Shown here piece after piece: positions 1 to 11,167 of a DNA stretch of 36,609 nucleotides. Within the stretch, counting starts at the first letter, position 1. Each line of letters opens with the position of its first letter. This DNA is from Bdellovibrionia bacterium (GTDB lineage Bacteria > Bdellovibrionota > UBA1018): assembly GCA_045805065.1 (NCBI GenBank), contig JBJMMA010000246.1, positions 1-36,609 of the forward strand. The letters are read 5' to 3'. Position numbers and translations under genes: made by a program. The notes beneath the pieces were generated by a model. That model had not been told where the DNA came from. It ran no database searches and saw only the letters and a list, made by a program, of their open reading frames with translations.

Positions 1-282
1 AGACAAATCGAGCTTCATGAGAGAGTCGACTGTTTGCGCGGTTGGCTCCAAAATATCCAAGAGCCGCTTGTGAGTCCGAACTTCGAACTGTTCACGGGAT
101 TTCTTGTCTACATGAGGAGACCTGAGAACGCAATATTTATTGATCACGGTTGGAAGAGGAATTGGGCCACGAACCGTAGCGCCAGTTCTCTTCGCGGTGT
201 TCACGATCTCCCATACGGATTGATCGAGAACGCGATGATCAAATGCTTTCAACTTAATACGAATCTTGTGTTCCATTGCCAT
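1..282 (-). CDS. rpsJ: 30S ribosomal protein S10 (3' end runs off the window)
   Basis: Not in the ORF track. Manual minus-strand translation from ATG at 282 gives [45 protein letters not shown]...[24 protein letters not shown], the uS10 signature. Confidence 0.97.
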   Translation of the reverse strand, partial: MAMEHKIRIKLKAFDHRVLDQSVWEIVNTAKRTGATVRGPIPLPTVINKYCVLRSPHVDKKSREQFEVRTHKRLLDILEPTAQTVDSLMKLDLS

Positions 283-315
283 GTTTCACACCCTATTTAA
301 ATTTCGAGGAGTTAC

Positions 316-446
316 CTTGGCTCTCGATGTGTTGAGAACCAAGCAATCTATCCCGAATCATCAGTTATACTTTGAAGTTTTCACTTCAAAGCGTTCGCCT
401 TACCCCGTGTTGCCAGTTAAAACCAGCTCACCCGTGGCTTGGTGAG
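316..446 (-). promoter_or_regulatory. Structured fusA-rpsJ spacer, candidate r-protein leader
   Basis: Three inverted repeats: 316-343 (10 bp, one G-U only on the minus strand), 370-391 (perfect 9 bp with a GAAA tetraloop on the minus strand), 427-446 (CTCACC/GGTGAG). Confidence 0.45.
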
Positions 447-489
447 TTATTAAGAATTGAGGATCTTTACTTCGTCTGAGGACGGAATT

Positions 490-2595
490 CTAGCGAATAA
501 TGACGCCCGATTTAATTTTAATTTCCTCAGCGATATTCGGAGGAACCGGCTCATAGTGGGAAAATTCCATCGAGTAAGTCGCGCGCCCCTGGGAGGACGA
601 GCGAAGAGCCGTGGAATAACCGAACATTGCGGCCAGCGGCACCTGCGCTTTAATCACCTGCATTCCGTGCCGGGGGCTCATATTCAAAATCTTACCGCGG
701 CGACTGTTCAGGTCCCCAATGATTCCACCCATATAGTCGTCTGGACAGACAATTTCACAGGACATCATGGGTTCCAGAATAATAGGATCAGCCTGAAGGG
801 CTGCTTCACGGAAAGCCATGGAAGCGGCAATTTTGTAAGCAATTTCAGTTGAGTCGACATCATGGAACGAGCCATCAAGTAGTGTCGCTTTGATATCAAC
901 AGCCGGGTAACCCGCAATAATTCCACCCAGCATGGTCTCATGCAGGCCCTTCTCAACCGCAGGAATAAATTCTTTTGGAATAGCTCCTGCGCGGATCGAA
1001 TTCACAAACTGAAAGCCCTTTCCGCGCTCGGACGGCTCAAGCTTCACGACGCAATGACCATACTGGCCCTTGCCTCCCGATTGGCGAATGAACTTACCTT
1101 CAGCGGTCGCAGACTTTGCGATCGTCTCTTTATAAGCGACCTGAGGGTTACCGACGTTTCCTTCGACCTTAAACTCACGCTTCATGCGATCCACAATGAT
1201 CTCAAGATGGAGCTCGCCCATCCCACTGATCAGAGTTTGTCCCGTATCTTCGTTAATTGAGACGCGGAAAGAAGGATCTTCCATTGCCAGGCGTGCCAGG
1301 GAGCCCGCAAGCTTTTCCTGGTCAGCTTTGGTCTTTGGCTCAATCGCGATCGAAATGACAGGTTCTGGAAACTCCATCTTTTCGAGCAAAATCGGTTCTT
1401 TTTCGTCGCAAAGCGTATCACCGGTAATCGTGAAGCGCAGTCCAACGGCAGCAACAATGTCACCCGCTTTTACTTCGTTGATGTCTTCGCGCTTGTTTGC
1501 GTGCATGAGAAGAAGGCGCCCAAGGCGCTCGCGCTTTTGTTTGGTCGCATTGTAGACCATCTGACCAGACTCGATCTTTCCGGAGTAAACGCGGAAGTAC
1601 GTCAGTTGACCCACATACGGATCATTCATGATCTTGAACGCGAGCGCGGAGAATGGTTCGTCAAAACCCGCTTTGCGATGAAGCGTTTCTTCCTCGTTTT
1701 CAAGGCTTTTTCCGTCGACAGGAGGAACATCAAGCGGCGACGGAAGAAAATCAACGATCGCATCCAGCATCGGCTGAACGCCCTTGTTCTTGAAGCTTGC
1801 GCCACAAGTCACAGGAACAAGTGCAATCGAGATGCAGCCTTTGCGAAGTGCTTTTTTAAGCTCTGTTGAAGAAATCGACTCGCCGTTGAGATACTTGTCC
1901 ATGAGTGCTTCATCGCACTCAGCGGCAGCCTCAATAAGCTTCTCGCGATACTCGTTCGCTTGATCTTGAAGATCGGCAGGGATCTCGGAAATCTCGGGAG
2001 TTGCGCCCAGATCATCGCTATTCCACGCGAGAGCCCTCATTTCGACCAAATCCACAACACCTCGAAAAGTGTCTTGGCTTCCCCAGGGAATCTGAATCGC
2101 GACAGGATTTGCTCCTAAACGTTCGCGAATCTGATGGAGAACATCAGTAAACTCCGCGCCGATGCGATCCATTTTGTTAACGAACGCAATACGTGGAACG
2201 TGATATTTATTTGCCTGGCGCCAGACCGTTTCAGACTGCGGCTCAACACCTTCTACCGCTGAAAACACCGCAACCGCTCCGTCGAGAACGCGGAGTGAGC
2301 GCTCCACTTCGATTGTGAAATCGACGTGGCCAGGCGTATCGATAATGTTGATGCGATGATCTTTCCAGAAGCACGTCGTGGCCGCAGAAGTAATCGTGAT
2401 CCCGCGCTCTTGCTCTTGAGGCATCCAGTCCATGACCGTTGTGCCTTCATGAACTTCACCTAATTTATGCGTTTTTCCGGTGTAATAAAGAATACGCTCG
2501 GTCGTCGTCGTTTTGCCGGCATCGATATGCGCCATGATGCCGATGTTACGAATGGACTCAAGAGCAGCTTGGGAACTTGACGGTTTTTCAGCCAT
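490..2595 (-). CDS. fusA: Elongation factor G
   Basis: 701 aa; [31 protein letters not shown]; follows rpsL-rpsG. Confidence 0.99.
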   Translation of the reverse strand: MAEKPSSSQAALESIRNIGIMAHIDAGKTTTTERILYYTGKTHKLGEVHEGTTVMDWMPQEQERGITITSAATTCFWKDHRINIIDTPGHVDFTIEVERSLRVLDGAVAVFSAVEGVEPQSETVWRQANKYHVPRIAFVNKMDRIGAEFTDVLHQIRERLGANPVAIQIPWGSQDTFRGVVDLVEMRALAWNSDDLGATPEISEIPADLQDQANEYREKLIEAAAECDEALMDKYLNGESISSTELKKALRKGCISIALVPVTCGASFKNKGVQPMLDAIVDFLPSPLDVPPVDGKSLENEEETLHRKAGFDEPFSALAFKIMNDPYVGQLTYFRVYSGKIESGQMVYNATKQKRERLGRLLLMHANKREDINEVKAGDIVAAVGLRFTITGDTLCDEKEPILLEKMEFPEPVISIAIEPKTKADQEKLAGSLARLAMEDPSFRVSINEDTGQTLISGMGELHLEIIVDRMKREFKVEGNVGNPQVAYKETIAKSATAEGKFIRQSGGKGQYGHCVVKLEPSERGKGFQFVNSIRAGAIPKEFIPAVEKGLHETMLGGIIAGYPAVDIKATLLDGSFHDVDSTEIAYKIAASMAFREAALQADPIILEPMMSCEIVCPDDYMGGIIGDLNSRRGKILNMSPRHGMQVIKAQVPLAAMFGYSTALRSSSQGRATYSMEFSHYEPVPPNIAEEIKIKSGVIIR

Positions 2596-2608
2596 AACCC
2601 TCTGTTAC

Positions 2609-2663
2609 AAAAAAATTCGGGCGAAAACCAGCTGCCTCGCAAGAAGCAGCCAATTTTCGCCCG
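2609..2663 (-). terminator. Long hairpin plus U-tract between rpsG and fusA (terminator/attenuator or processing site)
   Basis: Minus strand CGGGCGAAAATTGGCTGCTTC-TTGC-GAGGCAGCTGGTTTTCGCCCG (21 bp including G-U pairs) followed by AATTTTTTT. Confidence 0.55.
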
Positions 2664-2694
2664 GAATGTAGTTCAGCTATTTGCTAACGCGATA

Positions 2695-3165
2695 TTACCA
2701 GCGATAGTGTGCGAAAGCCTTATTTGCTTCCGCCATTTTGTGCACGTCTTCGCGCTTCTTCATTGCGCCGCCGCGGCCGTTCGAAGCTTCGATGACTTCT
2801 GCAGCAAGGCGTTCTGCCATGGAGTGCTCAGGACGTCCACGAGCCGATTCGATCAACCAGCGAGAAGCCAGAGATTGGCGACGAGCAGGCTTCACTTCGA
2901 CTGGAACTTGATAGGTTGCGCCACCGACGCGGCGGGACTTCACTTCGAGAAGTGGCTTTACGTTCTCAAGGCCTTTTTTGAAGATCTTGAGACCGTCGTC
3001 ACTGGTGCGCTCAGCAATGCTGTCGATGCAGTTATAAAGAATTGCTTCCGCGATCGAACGCTTTCCGCGCTCCATCAAGCTGTTGATGAACTTAGCAATG
3101 ACAACGTCATTGAACTTTGGATCTGGAAGAATTTCTCTTTTACGAACAAACTTTTTACGGCCCAT
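2695..3165 (-). CDS. rpsG: 30S ribosomal protein S7
   Basis: 156 aa; [28 protein letters not shown]. Confidence 0.99.
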   Translation of the reverse strand: MGRKKFVRKREILPDPKFNDVVIAKFINSLMERGKRSIAEAILYNCIDSIAERTSDDGLKIFKKGLENVKPLLEVKSRRVGGATYQVPVEVKPARRQSLASRWLIESARGRPEHSMAERLAAEVIEASNGRGGAMKKREDVHKMAEANKAFAHYRW

Positions 3166-3191
3166 TTTTAATCCTTACTATGCGTTAAAAC

Positions 3192-3584
<393 letters not shown>

Positions 3585-3935
3585 GAACTACATTTCCTTT
3601 CAAATTCAGGTCAAATTTCTAGCTGAACTATTATTCAAATTTCTCAGATCAAATTGACGTCGAAATTTGTTTTAAAACATCTCATCGCAGTTAACGACAG
3701 TACTTCCGGTGTACGATTCCCAAAATTCGGGATCGCCTGCGTTAAAGTCACGAAGGGCATCAAAATAGTCGAGGGACGCCCATCGGTCAAGTGAGTACTT
3801 ACAAAGTTACACTTTGACCGAGGCTTTCCTTCAATTACCACTTCGAACTTAGGGTGCCTCTATCACCCGAGAAGGCCGCTTGCCAAGCCTAAATCGCCAA
3901 GAAAGGATTGCTGAGCCGTTTTTACCCGCCGCAGG

Positions 3936-3951
3936 TGGCCCGCTTATTGCG
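3936..3951 (+). promoter_or_regulatory. Candidate sigma54 (-24/-12) promoter of the outer-membrane protein gene
   Basis: TGGCCCGCTTATTGCG = GG-N10-GC, matching TGGCAC-N5-TTGC, about 65 nt upstream of ATG 4016. Confidence 0.5.
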
Positions 3952-4015
3952 AAATCAGGTTGCATCAAACAACTGATTTTTAATCAATGGGCTTACTCCC
4001 AGGGGAACCCTTTTT

Positions 4016-4558
4016 ATGATTCATAACCGCATACTGAGAGCTTTCAGCTGCTTGTTAGCAGTGCTATCGTTGCCACTGTCGTCCGCTTATGCCGTAACTT
4101 CGCAAGGTACCGGTGACGTCGGCGGTATGATTGGGGCTGCCTTTGCTAACCATGACATCGGCACCAATATTACGTGGGGTTTGACGGCTCACTATAACCT
4201 CTTGCCTCAAATCAACGTCGGTCTTTATTACAACCGCTACACCCATGACACGCAAGTTCCTGGCGGAACGAAGTTCTCGACGAGCTACAATAACATCGCT
4301 GCTGAAGCGAACTACCTGTTTACGGATACGCTTGAAGGAGCATATGCCGGCGCAAAGCTTGGTATAGCTATTACTTCCAACGACCTACCTAATGCGACCG
4401 ACAAGTACAACGTCGTCTTCGGTCCTGCTGTGGGCTATGACTACATGCTTGGAAATGGTCTCTCGGCAGGTGGTCAGCTCAATGTTCTCTGGACGACTGG
4501 CGATCCATTCTTCTCGGATACGAACCTGCTTTTCGTTCTGAAATATAATTTCATGTAA
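4016..4558 (+). CDS. Small outer-membrane beta-barrel protein (OmpA/OmpW-like transmembrane barrel)
   Basis: Signal peptide ending AYA, alternating amphipathic beta strands rich in G/Y/F, C-terminal LKYNF(M) BAM-type motif. Confidence 0.8.
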   Translation: MIHNRILRAFSCLLAVLSLPLSSAYAVTSQGTGDVGGMIGAAFANHDIGTNITWGLTAHYNLLPQINVGLYYNRYTHDTQVPGGTKFSTSYNNIAAEANYLFTDTLEGAYAGAKLGIAITSNDLPNATDKYNVVFGPAVGYDYMLGNGLSAGGQLNVLWTTGDPFFSDTNLLFVLKYNFM

Positions 4559-4579
4559 GAAGCATCAAAAAGTCTCGAG

Positions 4580-4628
4580 GGTGCTCCGTACCTCTTAAGG
4601 TGCGGGGCACCTTTGCTTCCTTTGCTTT
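4580..4628 (+). terminator. Intrinsic terminator after the OMP gene
   Basis: GGTGCTCCGTACCT-CTTA-AGGTGCGGGGCACC stem (G-U pairs on the plus strand) followed by a T-rich tail. Confidence 0.7.
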
Positions 4629-4813
4629 AACTCGTCGGCACTTGGCCCAAATTGTCGGGCTCTCCCCTCACTTTTTTCGTTTCCCTCCAGCTTCGTCTCC
4701 TTTTTAAAATCAAGACCTTAGGTCCAAAGATCGAACTTAAAAAATTTCTGGAACAAGAAAGAATCCAGGTTTTAGCCCCGGTCAGTGCAGAAGTTGTAAA
4801 TCCGGGCGAGAAT

Positions 4814-4894
4814 TCATTCTTCTGGATGACGATCCAATTCATGATCCAAGAACGCTTCAAGATTCGATTTTGGTAAAAATTCGCGTCTCCTCAT
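4814..4894 (-). CDS. Possible 26-aa micro-protein MRRREFLPKSNLEAFLDHELDRHPEE
   Basis: ATG preceded by AAGGACCAGGA, in an otherwise empty 400-bp spacer. No recognisable homology. Confidence 0.2.
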   Translation of the reverse strand: MRRREFLPKSNLEAFLDHELDRHPEE

Positions 4895-4972
4895 TCCTGG
4901 TCCTTGCCAACGTCGATGGCTACATTGGCAAAGCTGCGACTTTTGAAAAGGGTATGCGGTCTCGCAAGGCAT

Positions 4973-5671
4973 TCAGAGCGCAGCTTGGAGAAAAGCTCGA
5001 ATCAGGGGATGACTTTTGCCCGTCCGAGCGCTTCTTTCAGGCTGAAAAGCAGTCCCCACGAAAAAGGGATGCTTCTCGAGCACGAAGGCTTGAGGGACTT
5101 CCTCTTCATTGAAGGCTACGAACTTCAGAAAACTATCGTTGAAATAGTGAGAGTACATTGGGTTCATTCCAAATCCGCATCGGTACTCTTCTGAAATCTC
5201 GCCGGTGCCCATAATCTCTCTGAGCTTTGAGTTTTTTGAGATTGAGATTTTCCGGCTTTCATCTGTCAGTCGGCATGGCAGGGCTGAAATCAGGAGCATC
5301 TCGCCTTGGGGTTCTTCTTCTTCCAGAGTTGCTGATGACAAACAAAGCTGATGGATGGCAAATTCTAAAATCGCATGCTGAAAGCCACCACAGGTACCAA
5401 GATATGGAACATCGTTGATTCTTGCGTACTGGATCTTTTCTATGACCGCTCTCCGGTTCTTATAGGGACTTCCAGGAACACACCAGAAAGCGTCGTATTC
5501 CCTAAGTACGTTTGGAGTCAGTTCAGAGAGTCGATCCGTTGGAAGCCAAACAGAGTCTACGTCGACGTCCAGGCTATCTGCAGCGATCTTAAGAGCCGCT
5601 GGAATGCATTGATGTGCGGTAATGCTTGCGTCGCAATCACCCACGAGACCGACTTTTAGCGTTTTTTCCAT
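4973..5671 (-). CDS. Stand-alone CTP-synthase C-terminal-like class I glutamine amidotransferase
   Basis: VGLVGD, VPGSPY, LGTCGGFQH nucleophile elbow, HPFFVGTAFQPE, HPLIRAFL. No synthetase domain. Confidence 0.85.
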   Translation of the reverse strand: MEKTLKVGLVGDCDASITAHQCIPAALKIAADSLDVDVDSVWLPTDRLSELTPNVLREYDAFWCVPGSPYKNRRAVIEKIQYARINDVPYLGTCGGFQHAILEFAIHQLCLSSATLEEEEPQGEMLLISALPCRLTDESRKISISKNSKLREIMGTGEISEEYRCGFGMNPMYSHYFNDSFLKFVAFNEEEVPQAFVLEKHPFFVGTAFQPERSARTGKSHPLIRAFLQAAL

Positions 5672-5715
5672 TTTTCCCTTTTATCATTAGTCCCCTCATT
5701 GGACGCAATCGGGTG

Positions 5716-5761
5716 AAAAAAAAGCGGGGATCCCTTTCGAGATCCCCGCTCCTATTTTTTA
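5716..5761 (-). terminator. Intrinsic (possibly bidirectional) terminator after lon
   Basis: AGCGGGGATC...GATCCCCGCT perfect 10-bp stem flanked by an A-run on one side and a T-run on the other. Confidence 0.85.
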
Positions 5762-5813
5762 GTCATCCTCTCCCTTTGACGCGCATGCGCCACCAAAAGG
5801 AGCCGGATACCTT

Positions 5814-8360
5814 TTAGTGTTTCACCGATTCGTCATGCGTCAGTTCGGTCGATGGGATTGCCGTGGTTGGCAAATCCCCGATGCCCTTACGCATAAGGAA
5901 TTCCTCTGGGTTTTCAAGTTCAAGCGCGAGGCGCAGGACTTGATCGCCGTGCTCCACTGGAACGATCTTCATTCCCTTGGTGATCTCTTTATTGATTTTC
6001 TTGAGATCCGGCACGTTGCCCTTTGGAATCAGGACTGTCTTGATGTTTCCGATCTTTGCGGCAAGAAGCTTTTCCTTCAAGCCACCGATTGGAAGCACGC
6101 GGCCCCGAAGTGTGATCTCACCCGTCATCGCAACGTCCTTGCGGACTGGAATCTTGGTCAACGCGCTAGTGATAGCGGTGGCCATGGTGATCCCTGCCGA
6201 AGGGCCGTCCTTAGGAACAGCGCCTTCTGGCACGTGCAGGTGGATGTCGACGTTCGAGTAGAAGTCCTTATCGAGGCCCAGGAGATGCGCCCGTGAACGG
6301 ACGTAGCTCATGGCGGTCGCTGCAGACTCCTGCATCACTTCACCGAGCTTACCAGTGATCTTGACTGCACCCTTGCCTGGAACGACGCTGACTTCGATTT
6401 GAAGCATGTCGCCGCCGGCATCGGTGTAGGCCAAGCCGTTGGTCAAGCCGATCTCGCTCTGCTCCTCTGCCTTGGAGACCAAGTACTTGGGTGGGCCGAG
6501 CATTTCTTCGAGATCTGCTTCGCTGACGTGGATCGTATCGAGCATGACAACGTTCGAGTTTGCAGTCTTGGCCGTTTTGCTGGTCTTTGCAGACTTCGCA
6601 GGCGCTTCGATTGATTGTTGCTCGTTACGGCGCTCAACAATCTTCTTTGCGGTCTTGCGGCAAACGGTTGCAACGACGCGCTCGAGATTACGAACGCCAG
6701 CTTCACGCGTGTAGTTTCTGATCAACGCGTAAACGGCTTCTTCGTTCATCTCAAGATCGCCTTCCTTGAGCCCGTGCGCTTCCATCTGCTTAGTCAGCAG
6801 ATACTTGCGAACGATATTGTACTTCTCGACTTCGGTGTAACCGGTGATGGAAATGACTTCCATACGGTCAAGAAGTGGCCTTGGAATCGTATGCAGGCTG
6901 TTTGCGGTCAAAACGAACATGACCTTCGAGATGTCATAGTCGACTTCGAGGTAATGGTCAGCAAACGTGGTGTTCTGCTCAGGATCCAAGACTTCAAGGA
7001 GCGCTGAGGATGGGTCACCCCGGAAATCCGTGCTCATCTTGTCGACTTCGTCGAGCAAGAAGACAGGGTTCGAGGATCCAGCCTTCTTCAGCGATTGAAT
7101 GATCTTACCAGGAAGCGCTCCAACGTAGGTTCTACGATGGCCGCGGATCTCAGCTTCGTCACGTACGCCGCCCAACGAGCAGCGAACAAACTTCTTATTG
7201 AGCGACTTTGCGATCGAGCGAGCCAAAGACGTCTTACCAACGCCTGGAGGTCCGACAAAGCAAAGGATCTGGCCTTTGGAGTTATCCGTGAGGACACGCA
7301 CTGCGAGATACTCGAGGATACGCTCCTTCACTTCTTCCAAGCCGTAGTGATCTTCTTCCAAGACACTCTCGGCAAGCTTGATATCGTTGCGATCGGTGGT
7401 GTTCTCACCCCATGGCAGAGTGACGAGCCAATCGATGTAGTTGCGAACGACGGTAGCTTCGGCAGACATTGGGGACATCATCTTGAGCTTTTTGAGCTCG
7501 CGAGTTGCCTTATCCTTCGCTTCCTTGCTCATTGGCTTGGTGCGAATCTGCTTTTCGATAGCTTGAATCTCGGCTTTGAATTCGTCCTTCTCGCCCAGTT
7601 CCTTCTGGATCGCCTGCATTTGCTCGTTGAGGTAGTATTCCTTTTGCGAGCGCTCCATTTGTTTCTTAACGCGGGAGCGAATGCGGCGTTCGACCTGAAG
7701 GATCTCGATCTCGCCTTGCATCAGCTGCAAGAGCTTCTCAAGACGCTTGGAAGGCTCCTGGATTTCCAGGATCTCCTGCTTATCTTCAAGCTTGAGATTG
7801 AGGTGCGCGACCACGAGGTCGGCAAGCCGGGATGGCTCTTCGATCGTGTTCACGCTCATGAGCATTTCCGGAGGAATGCGCTTATTGAGCTTCACATAGT
7901 TTTCGAACGTGCTCTTCAGGGAACGAATGAGAGCCTCAAGTTCCACCGTGTTTTCCACGATGTCCTCGAGCTCTTCAATGTCGGCCTCAATCATGCGGTC
8001 CGTTTCAACATACTTGGTAATGCGAGCGCGGCGCTTCCCTTCGATCAACACTTTTACGGTGTTGTCTGGAAGGCGGAGAATCTGAAGAATGGTACCGACA
8101 GTACCTACTTCGAAGATATCCTTTTCGCCTGGACTGACCGTCGTTGCCTGGCGCTGAGCGACCAGGAAAAGATCGGTTTTCTTCGCAACGCACTCTTCAA
8201 GTGCGTTAATCGACTTCTCGCGTCCAACGAAAAGCGGCACCACCATGTGTGGAAAAATGATCACGTCTCTCAATGGTAAAAGCGGAACACGGCTGGTAGC
8301 TCTGCTATCACTGCCAGAACCTTTGGCGGTACCACTTGATGCTTTTTTCTCTTTGCTCAC
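5814..8360 (-). CDS. lon: ATP-dependent Lon protease
   Basis: 848 aa; N-domain PLLPLRD, Walker [10 protein letters not shown], Walker B LLDEVDK, catalytic KDGPSAG and GGLKEK. GTG start with GGAGG RBS. Confidence 0.99.
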   Translation of the reverse strand: MSKEKKASSGTAKGSGSDSRATSRVPLLPLRDVIIFPHMVVPLFVGREKSINALEECVAKKTDLFLVAQRQATTVSPGEKDIFEVGTVGTILQILRLPDNTVKVLIEGKRRARITKYVETDRMIEADIEELEDIVENTVELEALIRSLKSTFENYVKLNKRIPPEMLMSVNTIEEPSRLADLVVAHLNLKLEDKQEILEIQEPSKRLEKLLQLMQGEIEILQVERRIRSRVKKQMERSQKEYYLNEQMQAIQKELGEKDEFKAEIQAIEKQIRTKPMSKEAKDKATRELKKLKMMSPMSAEATVVRNYIDWLVTLPWGENTTDRNDIKLAESVLEEDHYGLEEVKERILEYLAVRVLTDNSKGQILCFVGPPGVGKTSLARSIAKSLNKKFVRCSLGGVRDEAEIRGHRRTYVGALPGKIIQSLKKAGSSNPVFLLDEVDKMSTDFRGDPSSALLEVLDPEQNTTFADHYLEVDYDISKVMFVLTANSLHTIPRPLLDRMEVISITGYTEVEKYNIVRKYLLTKQMEAHGLKEGDLEMNEEAVYALIRNYTREAGVRNLERVVATVCRKTAKKIVERRNEQQSIEAPAKSAKTSKTAKTANSNVVMLDTIHVSEADLEEMLGPPKYLVSKAEEQSEIGLTNGLAYTDAGGDMLQIEVSVVPGKGAVKITGKLGEVMQESAATAMSYVRSRAHLLGLDKDFYSNVDIHLHVPEGAVPKDGPSAGITMATAITSALTKIPVRKDVAMTGEITLRGRVLPIGGLKEKLLAAKIGNIKTVLIPKGNVPDLKKINKEITKGMKIVPVEHGDQVLRLALELENPEEFLMRKGIGDLPTTAIPSTELTHDESVKH

Positions 8361-8573
8361 AAGAACCTCCCGTTCCCGTAGTTCGACCTATTTCGGGGAC
8401 CACAACATCAGTCCCAAAGCCGGTCTTACTATAACTACAACACAGCCACGCAAGGACTGCAAACTACGCAATGACAACCGGCTCATAATTCGTGATGAGA
8501 TTCGAAGACTTACTTAGCTCAAAAAATTGTTTGGATCTGGCAATTTCTGCAGCCCGCCAGCAATGCGCGCCAT

Positions 8574-8615
8574 AAAAAGCAAACGGCCTTGAGATTTCTC
8601 CCAAGGCCGTTCGCT
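8574..8615 (-). terminator. Intrinsic terminator after clpX
   Basis: Minus strand AGCGAACGGCCTTG...CAAGGCCGTTTGCT followed by TTTTAT. Confidence 0.8.
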
Positions 8616-8681
8616 AGATTTGCATCTGATTCAAGCTTTCAAATCAGCTTTTTACGCTTTTTGAAGCGCTTCACGCTTGGG

Positions 8682-9992
8682 TTAAGCGCTTTCTGCTTTT
8701 TCTGACGCTTCGGTCTTAGTGGTGACTTCGCTGCCATCCGCCATGACCATGACAGGGCGCTCGCCCTTCAGAATCGTATTCTTTGTCACAATGCATTTCT
8801 TGATGTTCGACTTCGCTGGCAGTTCGTACATCACTTCGAGCATGGCTTGCTCGAGGATTGCGCGAAGACCGCGAGCTCCCGTGTTGCGCTTAATCGCTTC
8901 ACGAGCCACTGCTTCGAGTGCTTCTTGTTCGAACTCAAGTGCCACGTCATCATACTCAAACAGCTTCGAGTACTGCTTGACGAGAGCATTGCGAGGCTTG
9001 GTGAGAATCTCGACCAATGCCTTTTCATCCAGCTCTTCAAGAGTTGCGATGACTGGCAAACGTCCGATGAACTCAGGAATCAATCCGAAACGGATCAGAT
9101 CCTCTGGCTCAACTTGAGAAATGAGCTTCGACAAGTTCTCATCCGCCTTGGAAGTGATGTTTGCCTGAAGACCCAAGCTGCGTTTGCCTTTTCTCATCGC
9201 CACGATCTTATCGAGGCCAACGAAAGCACCACCGCAGATGAAGAGAATGTTCGAGGTATCGACCTGAACGAACTCTTGCTGAGGATGCTTGCGTCCGCCC
9301 TTCGGAGGAACGTTTGCGATTGTTCCTTCGATGATCTTGAGAAGCGCTTGCTGAACGCCTTCACCGCTCACGTCGCGAGTGATGGATGGGTTTTCGCTCT
9401 TACGAGAGATTTTATCCACTTCGTCGATGTAAACGATACCCTTCTGGGCGCGTTCCACGTTGTTGTCGCAGTTCTGAAGCAGGTTCAGAATGATGTTCTC
9501 AACGTCTTCACCGACATAACCTGCTTCGGTGAGGGTCGTTGCGTCCGCCATGGCGAACGGAACATTGAGCAAGCGAGCCAAGGTCTGAGCCAACAAGGTC
9601 TTGCCGGAACCGGTAGGTCCGATCAGCATAATGTTGGACTTGGTGAGCTCGATCGCTTCCTTGTCGCCTTTGCCCTTCTTCTCGCCCTGATGCTGAATGC
9701 GCTTGTAGTGGTTGTAGACCGCCACAGAGAGCACGCGCTTGGCGCGATCCTGGCCAATGACATACTGGTCGAGAATCGTCTTGATTTCGGCAGGCTTTGG
9801 AATGGCCTGGGTGGAGCGGGCAGGAGATTCCTTCTGGCCCTCTTCTGCAATGATGTCATTACAGAGTTCGATGCATTCGTCACAGATGTAGACTGTCGGT
9901 CCTGCAATCAGTTTTTTGACTTCCCGCTGGTTTTTGCCGCAGAAAGAGCAACACAGATTACCGAAGCCGTCGCCGTATTTTCTTCCGTCCAT
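8682..9992 (-). CDS. clpX: ATP-dependent Clp protease ATP-binding subunit ClpX
   Basis: Zn finger CSFC...[21 protein letters not shown] pore loop, [14 protein letters not shown]. Confidence 0.99.
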   Translation of the reverse strand: MDGRKYGDGFGNLCCSFCGKNQREVKKLIAGPTVYICDECIELCNDIIAEEGQKESPARSTQAIPKPAEIKTILDQYVIGQDRAKRVLSVAVYNHYKRIQHQGEKKGKGDKEAIELTKSNIMLIGPTGSGKTLLAQTLARLLNVPFAMADATTLTEAGYVGEDVENIILNLLQNCDNNVERAQKGIVYIDEVDKISRKSENPSITRDVSGEGVQQALLKIIEGTIANVPPKGGRKHPQQEFVQVDTSNILFICGGAFVGLDKIVAMRKGKRSLGLQANITSKADENLSKLISQVEPEDLIRFGLIPEFIGRLPVIATLEELDEKALVEILTKPRNALVKQYSKLFEYDDVALEFEQEALEAVAREAIKRNTGARGLRAILEQAMLEVMYELPAKSNIKKCIVTKNTILKGERPVMVMADGSEVTTKTEASEKAESA

Positions 9993-10061
9993 AGGTTGTG
10001 TTCTTCCCCTTCAATTTAAAAATTTTGCTCGCCGACGTAGTATTAAGAATCAGCCCTGCAC

Positions 10062-10754
10062 TTATCCAGTGGTGCGCTTATCCACGACCTTGTCGATTAA
10101 TCCATACTCGACCGCTTCCTTAGCCGAGAGGTAGTTGTCACGATCCGTGTCTTTTTTAACCTGTTCGATATCCCTGCCCGAGTGATGAGCAAGAATCCCG
10201 TTGAGGCGTTCCTTCAGATAAAGAATTTCACGAGCCTGAATCTCGATATCCGAAGCTTGTCCTTTGGCGCCACCCAAAGGCTGATGGATCATAATACGGC
10301 TGTGTGGAAGGCTGTAACGCTTTCCATGTGCTCCAGCCGACAGTAGCAGGGCTCCCATACTAGCAGCCATTCCAATGCAATACGTAGAAACGTCTGATTT
10401 GATAAATTGCATGACATCGTAGATTCCCAGGCCCGCATAGACGGATCCCCCTGGTGAATTGACGTACATGTGAATGTCCTTATCAGGATCTGAGGACTCA
10501 AGGAAGAAGAGCTGTGCAACCAGAAGGTTTGCAACAACGTCGTTCACTTCAGTTCCCAAGAAAACGATTCGATCCAAAAGAAGGCGCGAATAAATGTCAT
10601 ACTGCCGTTCGCCGCGAGCTGTTTGCTCGATAACGATTGGATTTGGGATGTAGTTCGTAACAGGCATGACTTGTCCGTTGAAACCGACCAGGTCGGGACG
10701 AATCAAATCAGCGGGTACTTTTTCCAGTGGACTCAATGATGACCTGATCAACAT
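10062..10754 (-). CDS. clpP: ATP-dependent Clp protease proteolytic subunit
   Basis: DIYSRLL, YVNSPGG, AASMG (Ser), MIHQP (His), DRDN (Asp). AAGGAGG RBS before ATG 10754. Confidence 0.99.
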   Translation of the reverse strand: MLIRSSLSPLEKVPADLIRPDLVGFNGQVMPVTNYIPNPIVIEQTARGERQYDIYSRLLLDRIVFLGTEVNDVVANLLVAQLFFLESSDPDKDIHMYVNSPGGSVYAGLGIYDVMQFIKSDVSTYCIGMAASMGALLLSAGAHGKRYSLPHSRIMIHQPLGGAKGQASDIEIQAREILYLKERLNGILAHHSGRDIEQVKKDTDRDNYLSAKEAVEYGLIDKVVDKRTTG

Positions 10755-11167
10755 GCGTGCAGCCTCCTTAAGTATCTCGTCCCATCACTTCGGGACCTCA
10801 TTGGCCTAACTGTTAGAAAGAAGACCAACGTGACTCCAGTATACATATTCATTAAAAATGTTGCTCCGGGCCATGAAGATATTTTTTGCAATTTGCGATG
10901 ATTTTATTTCAAAATACTCGGTCGTCATTGAGTTGACTCGTAGCCGCCTGTCAGCCAAATGGATGACAAGCAGCATGACACGCTCCGCGTCTTTGAAGTC
11001 TTAATCACGCAATTGTAACTTAATCACATCTTCAGGGACATTCGGTGGAGCGATCCTCAACCGCTCTCCTAGAGAAGAACAGCTGGATAGATTACTCCAT
11101 CGCCCGGCCTTTCTGCTTGCGACAGTTTTTCTATTCTTTGAATACAAGAACTGGACTGAAAAAGAGG

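Noticed and set aside
34..300. 88-aa plus-strand ORF
   Set aside because: Antisense shadow of rpsJ.
4973..5671. Selenocysteine recoding in the CTP-synthase-like protein
   Set aside because: The active-site codon is TGT (Cys) and the ORF is uninterrupted.
6540..6630. Low-complexity K/T/A/S insert in Lon as an intein or mobile insert
   Set aside because: Only about 25 aa, with no intein termini, in a variable loop before the protease domain.
7095..10019. Long plus-strand ORFs (394 and 390 aa)
   Set aside because: Antisense shadows of lon and clpX arising from codon bias; no protein motifs.
10806..10976. 56-aa minus-strand ORF upstream of clpP as a possible tig remnant
   Set aside because: No similarity to trigger factor; overlaps the probable promoter region.
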